This document shows positions 9,601-18,897 of a stretch of DNA of 64,000 nt, piece by piece; within the stretch, counting starts at the first letter, position 1, and each line of letters starts with the position of its first letter. This stretch comes from Eubacteriales bacterium. GTDB taxonomy: Bacteria; Bacillota; Clostridia; Oscillospirales; CAG-272. A program made the translations under genes and the position numbers. Under the pieces are notes generated by a model. It saw only the letters and a list, made by a program, of their open reading frames with translations. It made no database searches and had not been told where the DNA came from. Location of the stretch: assembly GCA_045121195.1 (NCBI GenBank), contig JBGVFO010000044.1:3899-67898 (forward strand), given 5' to 3'.

Positions 9601-11115
9601 ATGCGGAAGACCGATCAAGGAAACAACAAAAAAACGATCAGCATCGGTTGGAAGCTGTTTGCCTTTTTACTTGCCTTCGTTCTTTTGATGCTGGGGGGGA
9701 TCTGGCTCTTTCAGATCCGCCTTTTGGACCATTTTTATCAAAAAACAAAATATAAGGAGCTTGAAACCATCTCAAGCATCCTTTCCGACTACGTGGGTAC
9801 CGATACGCTGGACGATGCCGTCTATTCCTGCGCGGTGGACTACTCCACCTGTATTCGTATTTTTCGGCAGAGCAATAACATTGCCGTAGAGGTGGCAAGC
9901 GCCGACGTGGCGAAGGATTGCCTCATACACAATATCTCGCAGACACGATTGAACGAATACTACCGAAACGCCAAGGAAAACGGCAACGTATATGCGGCAA
10001 CGCAGGAAATGACGCCCCAGATCGGCACCTTCTGGAGCGGGAGCGATCCCAAGACCACCCATTTGTTTGATCTGATCCGTGCGGACAGTAAAACGGTGGG
10101 AATGGTGTATAACGTTATCGTTACGGATGCTGTCGGTACCGAGTATATGATCATGCTCAATTCCGAGCTGACGCCGGTGGATGCGACGGTCAACACCCTC
10201 AAGACGCAGTTTGTTTGGATCGCGTGGGTCCTTGCCGCGGCGGCGCTCCTTCTTGCCGCTTTGATCTCGAGAAACATCTCCAAGCCCATCGAAAAAATGA
10301 ACCGTTCCGCGAAAAAGCTTGCCGAGGGCCGGTACGACGTGGAATTTGTCGGTCGGGGCTATAGGGAGGCAAGAGAGCTGGCGGATAGCTTGAACTTTGC
10401 GGCGGCGGAGCTTTCCCGTACCGATTCGCTTCAGCGGGAGCTGATCGCCAACGTATCTCACGATCTCCGTACGCCTCTGACGATGATCAAGGGCTATACC
10501 GAGGTCATGCGTGATATTCCGGGAGAAAACACACCGGAAAATCTGAACGTGATCGCGGAGGAGGCAAACCACCTAGGGGAGCTCGTCAACGATATGCTGG
10601 ATCTTTCCCGTATCCGTTCGGGCGTCCGCACACCGCAGATGACGGAATTTTGCCTGACCGACGCGGTTCGCGAGGTGATGAAGCGATACGATGCGCTGAT
10701 GAAAAATGACGGGTATACCATTGATTTTTCCGCGGATTGCGATGCGTGGATTACAGCGGATCGAATGATGATCCTTCAGGTGGTTTATAATCTCATCAAT
10801 AACGCGATCCACTACATTGGCGAGGATAAAACGGTGACGGTGATCCAGAGGACCCACGGGGATACCGTCAGACTTTCGGTCATCGATCACGGCGCAGGAA
10901 TCGCCCCCGATCAGTTGGATAGGATCTGGGACCGTTATTATAAGGTGGATCGCGTGCATAAGCGCGCCGCCGTGGGAACGGGACTCGGTCTTTCTATCGT
11001 AAAGGGGATTCTTGAATGTCATCGGGCAACCTACGGGGTGGAATCGGCGCAGGGTGTGGGAAGCTGCTTCTGGTTTTCCTTACCCGCTGAAAAAAGAGAG
11101 GAGGACACGGAATGA
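9601..11115 (+). CDS. sensor histidine kinase (two TM helices, HAMP, HisKA, HATPase)
   Basis: 504 aa. H-box ANVSHDLRTPLT, N-box LINNAIHY, G-boxes DHGAGI and GTGLGLSIV. Confidence 0.9.
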   Translation: MRKTDQGNNKKTISIGWKLFAFLLAFVLLMLGGIWLFQIRLLDHFYQKTKYKELETISSILSDYVGTDTLDDAVYSCAVDYSTCIRIFRQSNNIAVEVASADVAKDCLIHNISQTRLNEYYRNAKENGNVYAATQEMTPQIGTFWSGSDPKTTHLFDLIRADSKTVGMVYNVIVTDAVGTEYMIMLNSELTPVDATVNTLKTQFVWIAWVLAAAALLLAALISRNISKPIEKMNRSAKKLAEGRYDVEFVGRGYREARELADSLNFAAAELSRTDSLQRELIANVSHDLRTPLTMIKGYTEVMRDIPGENTPENLNVIAEEANHLGELVNDMLDLSRIRSGVRTPQMTEFCLTDAVREVMKRYDALMKNDGYTIDFSADCDAWITADRMMILQVVYNLINNAIHYIGEDKTVTVIQRTHGDTVRLSVIDHGAGIAPDQLDRIWDRYYKVDRVHKRAAVGTGLGLSIVKGILECHRATYGVESAQGVGSCFWFSLPAEKREEDTE

Positions 11116-11948
11116 AACGAATCGGTTTTATCCTTCGTATTCTTCTGCTCGCAATATGCGCGGCGGTCGTTCTTATTTGTCTTGGTCTGCTTGTCAGGAT
11201 CATAATGGGGTACCAAGAAGCCGACAAAACCTACGAAAGCATTAACGAGGGCTTTGAAACCCTTCCGCCCGAAACGGAAAGCGAGACCGAGTCCGAGGAG
11301 ACTGAGGAACCCGAGGAGCCCCGCGTGACCTACCGCACCGATATGACCGAGCAGATGAGAAAGCAGTACGAGTATCTGATGAAATTGAAGGCGCAATACC
11401 CCGACGTGGTGGGCTATATCAGCGTGCCGTCTGTTTCCATCAATTATCCCGTCGTGCAGACGAGCAATAACGATTACTATCTCAACCATCTGATCACGGG
11501 GGAAGAGAGCACCAGCGGTGCCGTCTTCCTCGACTATCGATGCGATCCTGACGCGCTGACCGCGAAAAACAGCGTGCTCTACGGTCATAATATGAATAAC
11601 GGCTCTATGTTTCATAACCTTGAGGCGCTCTTTGTGATCGACGCCTTTTTGGACGCCGAGGTGGAGTATATCTGTGAGGCGGGCATCTTTTTGTACAAGC
11701 CCCTTTCGGTATACCGAGCCGATGGGACCTACCCCTTTGCGCGGTATTTCTTTGCCGACGACGAGGCGTATCTGTCCTTTTGCCGTGCCGCAGAGGAAAG
11801 CTCTCGCTTTGCCAAGGGAGAGGACGTGACCTACGGCGCGGATTCCTCGGTGATCACGCTGATCACCTGCACCAATTCGATTACTTCGAAAACGGGTCGG
11901 TACGTATTCCAGGCGGTTCTTGACACCGTATATCTTGTGGAGGAATGA
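11112..11948 (+). CDS. class B-type sortase
   Basis: 278 aa. N-terminal TM anchor, acidic linker (ETESETESEETEEPEEP), YGHNMNNGSMF and catalytic TLITCT motifs. ATGA overlap with the kinase stop. Confidence 0.8.
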   Translation: MKRIGFILRILLLAICAAVVLICLGLLVRIIMGYQEADKTYESINEGFETLPPETESETESEETEEPEEPRVTYRTDMTEQMRKQYEYLMKLKAQYPDVVGYISVPSVSINYPVVQTSNNDYYLNHLITGEESTSGAVFLDYRCDPDALTAKNSVLYGHNMNNGSMFHNLEALFVIDAFLDAEVEYICEAGIFLYKPLSVYRADGTYPFARYFFADDEAYLSFCRAAEESSRFAKGEDVTYGADSSVITLITCTNSITSKTGRYVFQAVLDTVYLVEE

Positions 11949-11949
11949 C

Positions 11950-12801
11950 GTGAAGCAAATTTTTGAAGCGCTGATCTGTCCCGTGTGCGGCGCACCCGTG
12001 ACGAAAAGCGAGGACGCAAAAAGTATTATCTGTGAGGGCGGAGCCAAGGGGAACCGCGCCTGCCGCCGTCATTGCTTTGATTTTGCGGCGAGCGGCTACG
12101 TAAATCTTGCGCTCCCGTCCCAAAGCCTGTCGGGGGATTCCCGTGAGGCGGTACGCTCGAGAACACGATTCCTTGACGCGGATTATTACGCCCCCATCAG
12201 GGATGCGGTCTGTGAAATGATCGACACACACTGTCCGCGCGGCTTGGTTGTGGACGCGGGCTGTGGCGAGGGCTATTATACCGCCGCGATGGCAAAGCAC
12301 GCGGCGTCTGTGGTTGGATTTGACCTTTCCAAGTTCGGAATTGACGCGGCGGCGAAGCGCGCGCACCGCGAAGGTCTTGAAAACGCGCTGTTCGCCGTTT
12401 CGGGCATCTACGCTATGCCGCTTCGCGACGGTTGTGCCGACGGGATCGTCAGCCTGTTTGCGCCTTGCGCGGAGGAGGAGTTTTCCCGCGTTCTCCGTTC
12501 GGGGGGCGTTGTGATCGCCGTAGGAGCGGGGGAGGATCATTTGCTCGGTTTGAAAAAGGCGATCTACAACGAGGTCTATAAAAATACGCCCCGCGAGGAT
12601 ATGCCGAAGGCCATGAAAAAGCGGGAGGAGAAGCGCGTGTCCTTTTCGATCTCTCTCGAAAACAACGCCGCCATTCGCGATCTTTTTTCCATGACGCCCT
12701 ATTATTATCGGACGAGCGAGGAGGATCTTGGAAAGCTTTCCGCCCTTGAACACCTTGAGACCGAGGTGGACGTAACCGTTTCCGTTTATCAAAAAGCTTG
12801 A
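11950..12801 (+). CDS. RlmA-like SAM-dependent (rRNA) methyltransferase with N-terminal Zn-ribbon
   Basis: CPVCGAP ... C ... C N-terminus followed by the VVDAGCGEGYY SAM motif. GTG 11950 preferred over the track start at 11920, which lies inside the sortase gene. Confidence 0.65.
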   Translation: MKQIFEALICPVCGAPVTKSEDAKSIICEGGAKGNRACRRHCFDFAASGYVNLALPSQSLSGDSREAVRSRTRFLDADYYAPIRDAVCEMIDTHCPRGLVVDAGCGEGYYTAAMAKHAASVVGFDLSKFGIDAAAKRAHREGLENALFAVSGIYAMPLRDGCADGIVSLFAPCAEEEFSRVLRSGGVVIAVGAGEDHLLGLKKAIYNEVYKNTPREDMPKAMKKREEKRVSFSISLENNAAIRDLFSMTPYYYRTSEEDLGKLSALEHLETEVDVTVSVYQKA

Positions 12802-12816
12802 TCAGAGGATAGTAGT

Positions 12817-13536
12817 ATGAAATTTTCCCTTTGTATTCCCATGTATAATGAATCGTCCATCATTGCCGAAACCGCAAAGACCCTTTCGGCTTTTATGGAC
12901 GAGCATTTTGACGAGTATGAAATTGTGTTCTCGGATGACGGAAGCACCGACGGCTCCGCGGATCTCGTCCGTGACCTTGCGCTTTCCCATATTCGCGTGA
13001 TCGGCTATTCGCAGAACCGGGGCAAGGGAAGCGCCGTGCGCGAGGCTATGCTTGCCGCAGAGGGTGACGTGGTGATGTTTACCGATTCCGACCTTGCCTA
13101 CGGCACGGACGTGATCCTTGAGGTTGCCCGTCGGATGGCAGAGGAGGACGCCCCCGCCGTGCTCGTTGGTTCCCGCAATCTGTCCGAGGACGGTTACGAG
13201 GGCTATACGCCTGTGCGAAAGTTTGCTTCCAAGGCGTACATCAAGCTGCTTTGCGCCGTTGGCGGTCTTCGGCTTTCCGACTCCCAGTGTGGCTGCAAGG
13301 CGTTTTCACGGAAGGCGGCCGACGCCATCTTTTCCCGCGCTGAGGTCAACGGCTTTGCTTTTGACTTTGAGACCATTTTGCTGGCGGAAAAAATGGGCTT
13401 TTCCATCGGAGAATTTCCCGTCAAGGTGATCAATCACCGCGCCTCCAAGGTGCATCTGATCTCGGATGCCGCCCGTATGCTGAAGGAGCTTGGCGCCATC
13501 AAAAAAAGGGTGAAAAGACTGGATCTTGAAGGTTGA
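12817..13536 (+). CDS. family 2 glycosyltransferase (polyprenyl-phosphate hexosyltransferase-like)
   Basis: 239 aa. IPMYNE ... DDGSTDGS ... FTDSDL (DXD) motifs. Confidence 0.8.
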   Translation: MKFSLCIPMYNESSIIAETAKTLSAFMDEHFDEYEIVFSDDGSTDGSADLVRDLALSHIRVIGYSQNRGKGSAVREAMLAAEGDVVMFTDSDLAYGTDVILEVARRMAEEDAPAVLVGSRNLSEDGYEGYTPVRKFASKAYIKLLCAVGGLRLSDSQCGCKAFSRKAADAIFSRAEVNGFAFDFETILLAEKMGFSIGEFPVKVINHRASKVHLISDAARMLKELGAIKKRVKRLDLEG

Positions 13537-13578
13537 TGTATAATTTCCGTTTTTTTTGAAAAAATATTCAGAATTCTA

Positions 13579-13607
13579 TTGACAAACCCACGAGAAAGTG
13601 CTAAAAT
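13579..13607 (+). promoter_or_regulatory. sigma-A-type promoter of the T-box operon
   Basis: TTGACA (13579-13584), 17-nt spacer, TAAAAT (13602-13607), preceded by a TGC extended -10. Confidence 0.6.
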
Positions 13608-13635
13608 ACGACCATAGTTTCATATTCAATTCAAA

Positions 13636-13904
13636 GGCTATGACCGAAGAGAAGTAAGTGAGAAGAACACGCATAGAGAGTTGTCGGTTGGTGTAAGACA
13701 ACGGTGCCTCTTGCCGAAATACATTTCGTGAGCCGCACACCCAAAGGAACCAACGGGAACCGAGTAGGCTGTGACGGGTGCGCCCGTGATCGCGCTGGGG
13801 TATTTTTGTACCCGATAAGGCCGTTTGCCGTGAGGCGGCGGTGAATTGAGGTGGTAACACGGATTTTATTCGTCCTCTGTAACATTTTACAGGGGCGTTT
13901 TTTA
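13636..13904 (+). promoter_or_regulatory. T-box riboswitch leader, probable Tyr (UAC) specifier
   Basis: - K-turn halves AUGA 13640-43 and UGAGC 13729-33.
- Lower helix CGAAG 13645-49 / UUUCG 13724-28.
- S-turn AGUA 13653-56.
- AG bay AGAGAG 13675-80.
- Distal helix UUGUC/GACAA with loop GGUUGGUGUAA.
- Specifier loop GAAA-UAC-A (UAC = 13720-22).
- T-box sequence AAUUGAGGUGGUAACACGG 13845-62.
- Antiterminator helices GAGG/CCUC and ACGG/UCGU around a UGGUAAC bulge.
- Competing terminator 13874-13895 plus a U-run. Confidence 0.85.
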
Positions 13905-13930
13905 TAGCCCCGGAAAGGGAGGTACTCGAT

Positions 13931-15472
13931 ATGGTACTAAAAGTTGGTTTGTTGGTCGTTTTCTTTAGTGTGATGGTAGCCGTTGGTCTGTATTGTCGCA
14001 AAAACTCTACCGATGTCAAGGGTTTTGTTCTCGGCGGACGCGCGGTTGGACCGTGGCTTACGGCGTTTGCATACGGTACCTCGTATTTCTCCGCGGTTAT
14101 TTTTGTCGGATACGCGGGACAGTTCGGCTGGAAATTCGGTATTGCCTCTACCTGGATCGGTATCGGTAACGCAGTGCTTGGCTCTTTGCTTGCCTGGATC
14201 GTTCTCGGTCGCCGCACCCGCTTGATGAGTCAGCATCTGGAAACCTCTACGATGCCCGAATTCTTTGGAAAACGATACGGAAGCCCGGCGCTGAAGATCG
14301 CGGCGTCCGTGTTGGTCTTTATCTTCCTGATTCCGTATACCGCGTCGCTGTATAACGGTCTTTCACGCCTTTTTGAAATGGCGTTTCCCGGTGTCAGCTA
14401 CAACGTGTGCGTCATCGTAATGGCGGTACTGACGGGAATTTACGTCATTGCGGGCGGTTATATGGCAACGGCGATCAATGACTTTATTCAGGGCGTGATT
14501 ATGCTTGTGGGTATCGTCTTGGTCATTGCCGCGGTTCTCAATACGCAGGGCGGATTTGTGGAAGCGCTGAACGGTCTTGCCAATGTGCAGGTAGGCGAAA
14601 ACGCTCCCGGCGCGTTCAACTCCTTCTTCGGTCCCGATCCCTTGAACCTGATGTTCGTTGTGGTTCTTACGTCCTTGGGAACTTGGGGTCTTCCTCAGAT
14701 GGTGCAGAAATTTTACGCGATCAAGAGCGAAAATGACATCCATAAGGGAACGGTGATCTCCACGCTTTTTGCCGTTGTGGTTGCCGGAGGATGCTACTTC
14801 CTCGGTGGATTTGGTCGACTGTTTGCCGATAAGCTGAACGTTTCCGGTGATATGCCGGCAGGCGGTTACGACTCGATTATTCCCGCTATGCTGGAAAATC
14901 TTCCTAATATCGTGATCGCGGTTGTTATCGTCCTTGTTCTTTCGGCGTCTATGTCAACGCTTTCCTCCTTGGTTCTTGCCTCCAGCTCCACGTTGACGCT
15001 GGATATGATCAAGGGGCACGTGGTCAAAAAGATGACCGAGAAGAAGCAGGTGCTGATTATGCGCGCACTGATCGTTGTGTTTATCGTGATTTCCGCGGTG
15101 ATCGCGATCAACAAGGATAAGCTCGGCTATATTGCCGATATGATGGGAATTTCCTGGGGCGCCCTTGCCGGCGCGTTCCTCGCGCCCTTCCTTTACGGCT
15201 TGTACTCCAAGAAGGTCACCAAGGCGGCGTGCTGGGCGAGCTTTGTGTTCGGTGCCGGTCTTATGGTTGCCAATATGCTGTTCCGCGGCTCGTTCCCCGC
15301 GATCCTACAGTCTCCCATTAACAGCGGCGTGATCGCTATGCTGGGCGGACTTGTGATCGTTCCCATTGTCAGTCTGTTGACACCGAAGCAGGAAAAACGG
15401 GCTGTCGATGAAATGTTTGAATGTTACCAGAAAGAGGTAATGGTAACGTCCAAGGAATCCTTGGGCAAATAA
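13931..15472 (+). CDS. sodium:solute symporter (SSS) family transporter
   Basis: 513 aa, about 13 hydrophobic segments. N-terminal region resembles PutP/PanF/ActP-type SSS carriers. First gene after the T-box leader; RBS GGAAAGGGAGG. Confidence 0.85.
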   Translation: MVLKVGLLVVFFSVMVAVGLYCRKNSTDVKGFVLGGRAVGPWLTAFAYGTSYFSAVIFVGYAGQFGWKFGIASTWIGIGNAVLGSLLAWIVLGRRTRLMSQHLETSTMPEFFGKRYGSPALKIAASVLVFIFLIPYTASLYNGLSRLFEMAFPGVSYNVCVIVMAVLTGIYVIAGGYMATAINDFIQGVIMLVGIVLVIAAVLNTQGGFVEALNGLANVQVGENAPGAFNSFFGPDPLNLMFVVVLTSLGTWGLPQMVQKFYAIKSENDIHKGTVISTLFAVVVAGGCYFLGGFGRLFADKLNVSGDMPAGGYDSIIPAMLENLPNIVIAVVIVLVLSASMSTLSSLVLASSSTLTLDMIKGHVVKKMTEKKQVLIMRALIVVFIVISAVIAINKDKLGYIADMMGISWGALAGAFLAPFLYGLYSKKVTKAACWASFVFGAGLMVANMLFRGSFPAILQSPINSGVIAMLGGLVIVPIVSLLTPKQEKRAVDEMFECYQKEVMVTSKESLGK

Positions 15473-15496
15473 ATAACGGATACGAAAGGAAACGTC

Positions 15497-17131
15497 ATGC
15501 CGATTACCGAAATTTTACAAAAGAATGCGGATTTCTATCCCAACGATGTGAGCCTTGTGGAGATCAATCCTCAGCTTGAGAAGCAGACTCGTATGACGTG
15601 GAGAGAGTACTCTCTGATCGAGTCGAATCCCAACGAGGCGTACCGTCGCGAAATTACCTGGGGCGAGTTTAACAAGAAGGCGAATCGCTTTGCCAATCTT
15701 CTGCTGACGCGAGGCGTAAAGAAGGGCGATAAGGTTGCTATTCTTCTGATGAACTGCATTGAGTGGCTTCCGATCTATTTTGGCGTTCTCAAGGCGGGCG
15801 CTATGGCGGTGCCCTTGAACTACCGCTATGCCTCCGATGAGATCAAATACTGCCTTGAGCTTTCCGATTCCGATTTTATCGTTTTCGGTCCCGAGTTCAC
15901 GGGACGTGTAGAGCAGATCTGTTCTCGCGTGAAGCGCATCAAAACCTGGTTGTATGTGGGTGAGGACTGTCCCACCTTTGCGGAGAGCTACGACAGTCTT
16001 GTTTCCTACTGTTCCTCCAAGAGTCCTGCTATCAAGCTGACGGACGACGACGACGCGGCAATCTACTTCTCCTCGGGAACAACGGGCTTCCCCAAGGCGA
16101 TCATCCATAAGCACAGGAGTCTTGTTCACGCGGCAATGGTAGAGCAGAATCATCATTCCCAGACCAAGGACGACGTGTTCCTTTGCATTCCGCCTCTGTA
16201 TCATACGGGTGCGAAGATGCACTGGTTCGGCAGCTTCCTCGTTGGCGGTAAGGCGGTTCTTCTCAAGGGCATCAAGCCCGAGTGGATCCTTAAGGTCGCC
16301 TCGGAGGAAAAATGCTCCATCGTATGGCTGCTTGTGCCGTGGGCGCAGGATCTTCTGGATGCTGTGGAGCGCGGGGAGCTGAAGCTGGAGGATTACGATC
16401 TTTCACAGTGGCGCTTGATGCATATCGGCGCACAGCCCGTTCCCCCCAGCCTGATCCGTCGTTGGAAGCAGTACTTCCCGAATCACGCCTACGACACCAA
16501 CTACGGTCTTTCCGAGTCCATAGGCCCCGGTTGCGTACACCTTGGCGTGGAAAACGAACATAAGGTTGGCGCCATCGGTAAGGCAGGCTTTGGCTGGGAG
16601 ACCAAAATCGTTGACGAGCAGGGAAACACCGTTGCGCGCGGCGAGGTTGGCGAGCTTGCCGTCAAGGGCCCCGGCGTTATGACGGCGTACTACAAGGATG
16701 AAAAGGCGACTGCCGAGGTGCTTCGCGACGGCTGGCTCTTTACGGGCGATATGGCGACGGAGGACGAGGACGGCTTTATCTTCCTCGTTGACAGAAAGAA
16801 GGACGTTATTATTTCGGGCGGTGAGAACCTGTATCCCGTTCAGATCGAAGATTTCCTGCGCCGCAACGATAAGATCAGCGACGTAGCGGTGATCGGTCTT
16901 CCCGACGCGCGCCTTGGCGAGATCGCCACGGCGATCATTCAGGTCAAGGAGGGAATGACCCTGACCGAGGAGGAGGTCGAGGACTTCTGTCTTGACCTTC
17001 CCAGATACAAGCGTCCTCGCAAGATCATTTTCGCAGACGTTCCCAGAAATCCTACGGGAAAGATCGAGAAGCCCAAGCTTCGCGAGATCTACTGCGGCGG
17101 AAGTCTTGTAGCACAGCAGAACGAAATTTAA
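15497..17131 (+). CDS. AMP-forming acyl-CoA synthetase/ligase (FadD/ANL superfamily)
   Basis: 544 aa. YFSSGTTGFPKAI AMP-binding motif, TGD, and a C-terminal PRNPTGKI motif. Confidence 0.85.
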   Translation: MPITEILQKNADFYPNDVSLVEINPQLEKQTRMTWREYSLIESNPNEAYRREITWGEFNKKANRFANLLLTRGVKKGDKVAILLMNCIEWLPIYFGVLKAGAMAVPLNYRYASDEIKYCLELSDSDFIVFGPEFTGRVEQICSRVKRIKTWLYVGEDCPTFAESYDSLVSYCSSKSPAIKLTDDDDAAIYFSSGTTGFPKAIIHKHRSLVHAAMVEQNHHSQTKDDVFLCIPPLYHTGAKMHWFGSFLVGGKAVLLKGIKPEWILKVASEEKCSIVWLLVPWAQDLLDAVERGELKLEDYDLSQWRLMHIGAQPVPPSLIRRWKQYFPNHAYDTNYGLSESIGPGCVHLGVENEHKVGAIGKAGFGWETKIVDEQGNTVARGEVGELAVKGPGVMTAYYKDEKATAEVLRDGWLFTGDMATEDEDGFIFLVDRKKDVIISGGENLYPVQIEDFLRRNDKISDVAVIGLPDARLGEIATAIIQVKEGMTLTEEEVEDFCLDLPRYKRPRKIIFADVPRNPTGKIEKPKLREIYCGGSLVAQQNEI

Positions 17132-17150
17132 CCACGGAAAGGGTACACAT

Positions 17151-18884
17151 ATGAAGAAATTGATGCTTGGTAATGCGGCGGTGGCGCAGGGAGCATATGA
17201 AGCAGGCGTAAGCGTTGTCGCCTCCTATCCCGGCACCCCCAGCACCGAGATTACCGAAAATATCGTAAAATACGACGAGATCTACGCCGAGTGGTCGCCT
17301 AACGAAAAGGTGGCGGCAGAGGTTGCCATCGGTGCCGCCATCGGCGGTGCGAGAAGCATGTCCTGTATGAAGCACGTAGGTCTTAACGTTATGGCTGACC
17401 CCGTATTTACCGTCAGTTATACCGGCGTCAACGGCGGTCTGGTTTTCTGCGTAGCGGACGACCCCGGAATGCACTCCTCCCAGAACGAGCAGGATTCCCG
17501 ACACTACGCGAAGGCGTCCAAGATCCCTATGCTTGAGCCTGCGGATTCCTCGGAATGTAAGGAGTTCACAAAGCTTGCCTATGACCTCTCCGAGCAGTTT
17601 GACACGCCTATGTTCCTCCGTCTTTCCACCAGAGTTTCTCACTCGCAGAGCCTTGTGGAGATCGGCGAGAGAGCAGACGTGGCGCTTAAGCCTTACGAAA
17701 AAAATATCGGAAAATACGTGATGATGCCCGCCAATGCGGTCAAGCGTCACGTTGAGGTAGAGAAGAGAACCGACGCCCTCCGCGCGTTTGCGGAAAACTG
17801 CGAGCTCAATACCGTTGAGGATAACGGCGCCAAGATCGGCGTGATCTCTGCGGGCATCTCCTATATGTACGCCAAGGAAGCCCTTGGCGACAAGGTGAAT
17901 TATCTGAAGCTCGGTATGGTATGGCCGCTTCCCGAAAAGCTGATCCGTGAGTTTGCCACAAAGGTAGAAAAGCTGTACGTCATCGAGGAGCTGGATCCCT
18001 TTATCGAGGAGCACTGCAAGGCGCTTGGTGTAGAGGTGATCGGCAAGGATGTGTTCACCCTTCTTGGTGAGTACACCCCCGCAATGATCGCAAAGGCGAT
18101 CCTTGGCGAGGAGCCTGCTCCCTTCGCGGCGGCAGAGGAGACGATCCCCAACCGTCCTCCCGTTCTTTGCGCGGGCTGTCCTCACCGCGGAACCTTCTAC
18201 GTTCTGAAAAAGCTGGGTCTTGTGGTAAGCGGCGACATCGGATGTTATACTCTCGGTGCCGTTGCTCCCTTGGCTTCGGTAGATACCACCATTTGTATGG
18301 GGGCCTCCGTCAGCGCCGCCCTCGGTATGGCAAAAGCAAGAGGCGCGGAATTCAACAAAAAGCTGGTTTCGGTCATTGGTGACTCCACCTTTATGCACTC
18401 GGGTATTACGGGTCTTGTAGACATCGTATATAACAAGGGCGCCAATACCGTTATTATTCTCGATAACTCCATTACGGGTATGACCGGCCACCAGGACAAT
18501 CCCACCACGGGAAGAACCATTCGTGGCGAGGCAACCAAGCAGGTCGATCTGATCGCCCTTTGCAAATCCATCGGTGTGGAGCACGTCGTGGTTGCCGATC
18601 CCTTCGACGTAAAGAACTTTGAGAAGGTGGTCAAGGAAGAGGTGGATCGCGACGAGCCCTCGGTTATTATCGCCCAGCGTCCCTGCGCTCTCCTCAAAAC
18701 CGTTAAATACACCGGTTACTGCGAGGTGACCGATAAGTGCCGTAATTGTAAGATGTGTATGAAGCTTGGTTGTCCCGCCATTACCGCGGACGAAAAGGGC
18801 GTACATATCGATCCCAATCAGTGCAACGGATGCGGACTTTGCGTAAACGTATGTCCCTTCGGTGCCATTGAAAAGAAAGCGTAA
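17151..18884 (+). CDS. iorA: indolepyruvate:ferredoxin oxidoreductase subunit alpha
   Basis: 577 aa. TPP-enzyme architecture with a C-terminal 2x[4Fe-4S] ferredoxin motif (CRNCKMCMKLGCP ... CNGCGLCVNVCP). Followed by iorB. Confidence 0.9.
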   Translation: MKKLMLGNAAVAQGAYEAGVSVVASYPGTPSTEITENIVKYDEIYAEWSPNEKVAAEVAIGAAIGGARSMSCMKHVGLNVMADPVFTVSYTGVNGGLVFCVADDPGMHSSQNEQDSRHYAKASKIPMLEPADSSECKEFTKLAYDLSEQFDTPMFLRLSTRVSHSQSLVEIGERADVALKPYEKNIGKYVMMPANAVKRHVEVEKRTDALRAFAENCELNTVEDNGAKIGVISAGISYMYAKEALGDKVNYLKLGMVWPLPEKLIREFATKVEKLYVIEELDPFIEEHCKALGVEVIGKDVFTLLGEYTPAMIAKAILGEEPAPFAAAEETIPNRPPVLCAGCPHRGTFYVLKKLGLVVSGDIGCYTLGAVAPLASVDTTICMGASVSAALGMAKARGAEFNKKLVSVIGDSTFMHSGITGLVDIVYNKGANTVIILDNSITGMTGHQDNPTTGRTIRGEATKQVDLIALCKSIGVEHVVVADPFDVKNFEKVVKEEVDRDEPSVIIAQRPCALLKTVKYTGYCEVTDKCRNCKMCMKLGCPAITADEKGVHIDPNQCNGCGLCVNVCPFGAIEKKA

Positions 18885-18897
18885 GGAGGGAAAGAGC

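Noticed and set aside
13716-13728. Local hairpin CGAAA-uaca-UUUCG as an alternative to the specifier-loop reading
   Set aside because: It is possible in isolation. However, pairing UUUCG with the upstream CGAAG (13645-49) reproduces the canonical stem I architecture (K-turn halves, S-turn, codon plus purine), so I favour the T-box fold.
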